Positions 62,398-64,000 of a stretch of DNA of 64,000 nucleotides are shown in pieces. Location: the NCBI GenBank assembly GCA_019456305.1, contig VRUD01000012.1, forward strand, positions 3,531 through 67,530, in the 5' to 3' direction. The notes beneath the pieces were generated by a model. The model worked only from the letters and a program-made list of their open reading frames with translations. It was not told the origin of the DNA and did not search any database. The stretch's first letter is position 1. Each line of letters starts with the position of its first letter. Source of the DNA: Cytophagales bacterium (lineage in GTDB: Bacteria; Bacteroidota; Bacteroidia; Cytophagales; VRUD01). The translations under genes were made by a program, and so were the position numbers.

Positions 62398-63642
62398 ATG
62401 AGCATAGAAATAAAAGTCCCAACCGTAGGCGAATCCATCACAGAGGTCACCGTAGCAAACTGGATGAAAAATGATGGAGATTACGTGGAATTAGATGAAA
62501 TTTTGTGTGAATTAGAATCAGATAAAGCTACTTTTGAGCTGAATGCAGAAGCTGCAGGCCTTTTACATATTATAGCTAAGGAAGGTGATACGCTGGAGAT
62601 CGGAGCAATTATTTGCAATATAGATACGGATGTTTCAGCTAAACCTAAGGAGAAAGCTTCTCAAACTGAACCTGCAATACCTGTAGAAACTCAACCAGCT
62701 ATTCAAAAAGATACCCCTGATCTCCCTGAAAAAACAGAAAAGGTTGTTGAAACTGCTGAAGTTGCAGGAAAGAGCAATTATGCTGCAGATCATCCATCCC
62801 CTGCTGCTGCTAAAATTTTAGATGAAAAAGGTATGAAACCTGGAGAGGTTGATGGAACCGGTAAAGACGGCAGAATTACTAAAGAAGATGCCATAAAAGC
62901 CGAAAAGCAGCCAGCAACAAGTACCCTACATCCGGCATTCAACCGCATCGAAAGACGTGAAAAAATGTCAAGTTTCCGGAGAACCATTTCCAGAAGGTTG
63001 GTCGCAGTAAAGAACGAAACTGCCATGCTCACCACCTTCAATGAAGTGAATATGAAGCCTATTATGGATCTGCGAAAAAAGTACAAAGAACCATTTAAAG
63101 AAAAATATGAGGTAGGCCTGGGTTTTATGTCGTTCTTTACCAAAGCCTGTTGCCTGGCGTTGCAGGAATTTCCTGCGGTAAATGCGATGTTAGATGGAGA
63201 CGAGATCATTTATCATGACTTTTGCGATATTTCTATTGCAGTATCAGCCCCAAAAGGATTGGTGGTTCCTGTAGTAAGAAATGCAGAATCTTTGAGCTTT
63301 GCAGAAATAGAGAAAGAAATTGCAGATCTGGCTGCCAAAGCAAGAGACAACAAGATCACCATTGAAGAGATGACCGGTGGAACATTCTCAATTACAAACG
63401 GAGGTGTGTTCGGCTCCATGATGTCAACCCCCATTCTCAACCCGCCTCAATCTGCTATCCTGGGTATGCACAATATCGTTGAAAGGCCCGTTGCCATAAG
63501 TGGCGAAATAGAAATCCGCCCCATGATGTTCGTAGCATTGTCATACGATCACAGGATCATTGATGGCAGAGAGTCTGTGAGTTTTCTGGTGAGGGTGAAA
63601 GAGCTGCTGGAGGATCCTGCGAGGTTGTTGTTGGGGATTTGA
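62398..63642 (+). CDS. sucB: dihydrolipoyllysine-residue succinyltransferase (E2 of 2-oxoglutarate dehydrogenase)
   Basis: Lipoyl domain ..[11 protein letters not shown]; PSBD ..SPAA.K...E.G......GTGK.GRITKED; catalytic ..[16 protein letters not shown]. Confidence 0.95.
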   Translation: MSIEIKVPTVGESITEVTVANWMKNDGDYVELDEILCELESDKATFELNAEAAGLLHIIAKEGDTLEIGAIICNIDTDVSAKPKEKASQTEPAIPVETQPAIQKDTPDLPEKTEKVVETAEVAGKSNYAADHPSPAAAKILDEKGMKPGEVDGTGKDGRITKEDAIKAEKQPATSTLHPAFNRIERREKMSSFRRTISRRLVAVKNETAMLTTFNEVNMKPIMDLRKKYKEPFKEKYEVGLGFMSFFTKACCLALQEFPAVNAMLDGDEIIYHDFCDISIAVSAPKGLVVPVVRNAESLSFAEIEKEIADLAAKARDNKITIEEMTGGTFSITNGGVFGSMMSTPILNPPQSAILGMHNIVERPVAISGEIEIRPMMFVALSYDHRIIDGRESVSFLVRVKELLEDPARLLLGI

Positions 63643-63680
63643 TTTTTTGGGGGATAAAAATCATTATTACGAGGACATAG

Positions 63681-63739
63681 GCGTGCCACCCCCGAGTAGA
63701 GACGCCCAATTTGGTCGTCTCTACTCGGGGGTGGCACGC
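63681..63739 (+). terminator. 24-bp-stem hairpin after sucB (same family as 19254..19300)
   Basis: gcgtgccacccccgagtagagacg-cccaatttggt-cgtctctactcgggggtggcacgc. Confidence 0.5.
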
Positions 63740-63800
63740 TTGGTTAATATCTTAATAATTTTTTGTATATTTGAAAAAAATAATATAAAAATGTTTAACT

Positions 63801-64000
63801 ATGTTACCTACCCAAACCATAAAATTAGATAAAGAGCAGTTGCATTTCCTCAAAAGGCATAAAGAATATGGTTTTCATAGTGAAAGTGAATTATTGCGAT
63901 TTGCCCTTGAACTCTTTAAAAAAAAAATCAGCAAAAAAAATGAATTAATAAAATCTGCTGATTTATATGCAGAATTGTATGAAAAAGATAAAGAAACGCA
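63801..64000 (+). CDS. 5' part of a small antitoxin-like (ribbon-helix-helix/CopG-like) ORF running off the right edge
   Basis: MLPTQTIKLDKEQLHFLKRHKEYGFHSESELLRFALELFKKKISKKNELIKSADLYAELYEKDKET... Open to the window end; not in the supplied ORF track because no stop is reached. Confidence 0.45.
   Translation, partial: MLPTQTIKLDKEQLHFLKRHKEYGFHSESELLRFALELFKKKISKKNELIKSADLYAELYEKDKET

Overview
AT-rich chromosomal segment that looks like a Bacteroidota genome. Gliding/T9SS markers are present: GldH, PorP/SprF, a 4146-aa SprB-repeat adhesin, several secreted proteins with C-terminal sorting domains, and TAnnTTTG-type promoter boxes. I support about 47 CDS and one tRNA-Arg(ACG). I saw no rRNA, CRISPR array, transposase or integrase. 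Gene content: Crp/Fnr regulator; a DUF5678-like plus retropepsin-like gene pair; PNP; rhodanese; an AhpD-like enzyme; a class-III aminotransferase; a TPR protein; amino-acid metabolism genes (IlvA-like PLP enzyme, ornithine cyclodeaminase-like, threonine aldolase); a K-channel-pore protein followed by orphan CheR and CheB; a Fic protein next to an internally deleted ABC-F gene; a secreted PGRP-type amidase with CUB-like, FN3 and T9SS modules; a YceI/Bcp/DOPA-dioxygenase operon; Uma2; a MuiA-like protein; acyl-CoA dehydrogenase; a nucleotide-sugar cluster (ugd, UDP-xylose synthase, WbpD-like acetyltransferase, TviB/WbpO-like dehydrogenase, galE, rfbB); and sucA-sucB. The most unusual signal is a repeat population rather than a gene cluster. 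Nearly every intergenic spacer carries GC-rich palindromes and heptanucleotide tandem arrays from about 15 recurring families. Members of several families also sit in frame inside otherwise conserved CDS. The clearest case is a 162-bp palindromic element present at about 97.5% identity inside two unrelated genes (the aminotransferase and the amidase). It has the same orientation and frame in both, so both proteins carry the same roughly 50-aa peptide. This resembles Rickettsia palindromic elements, and I do not know of an equivalent described for Bacteroidota. All functional calls come from motif recognition by eye. No database search was run.
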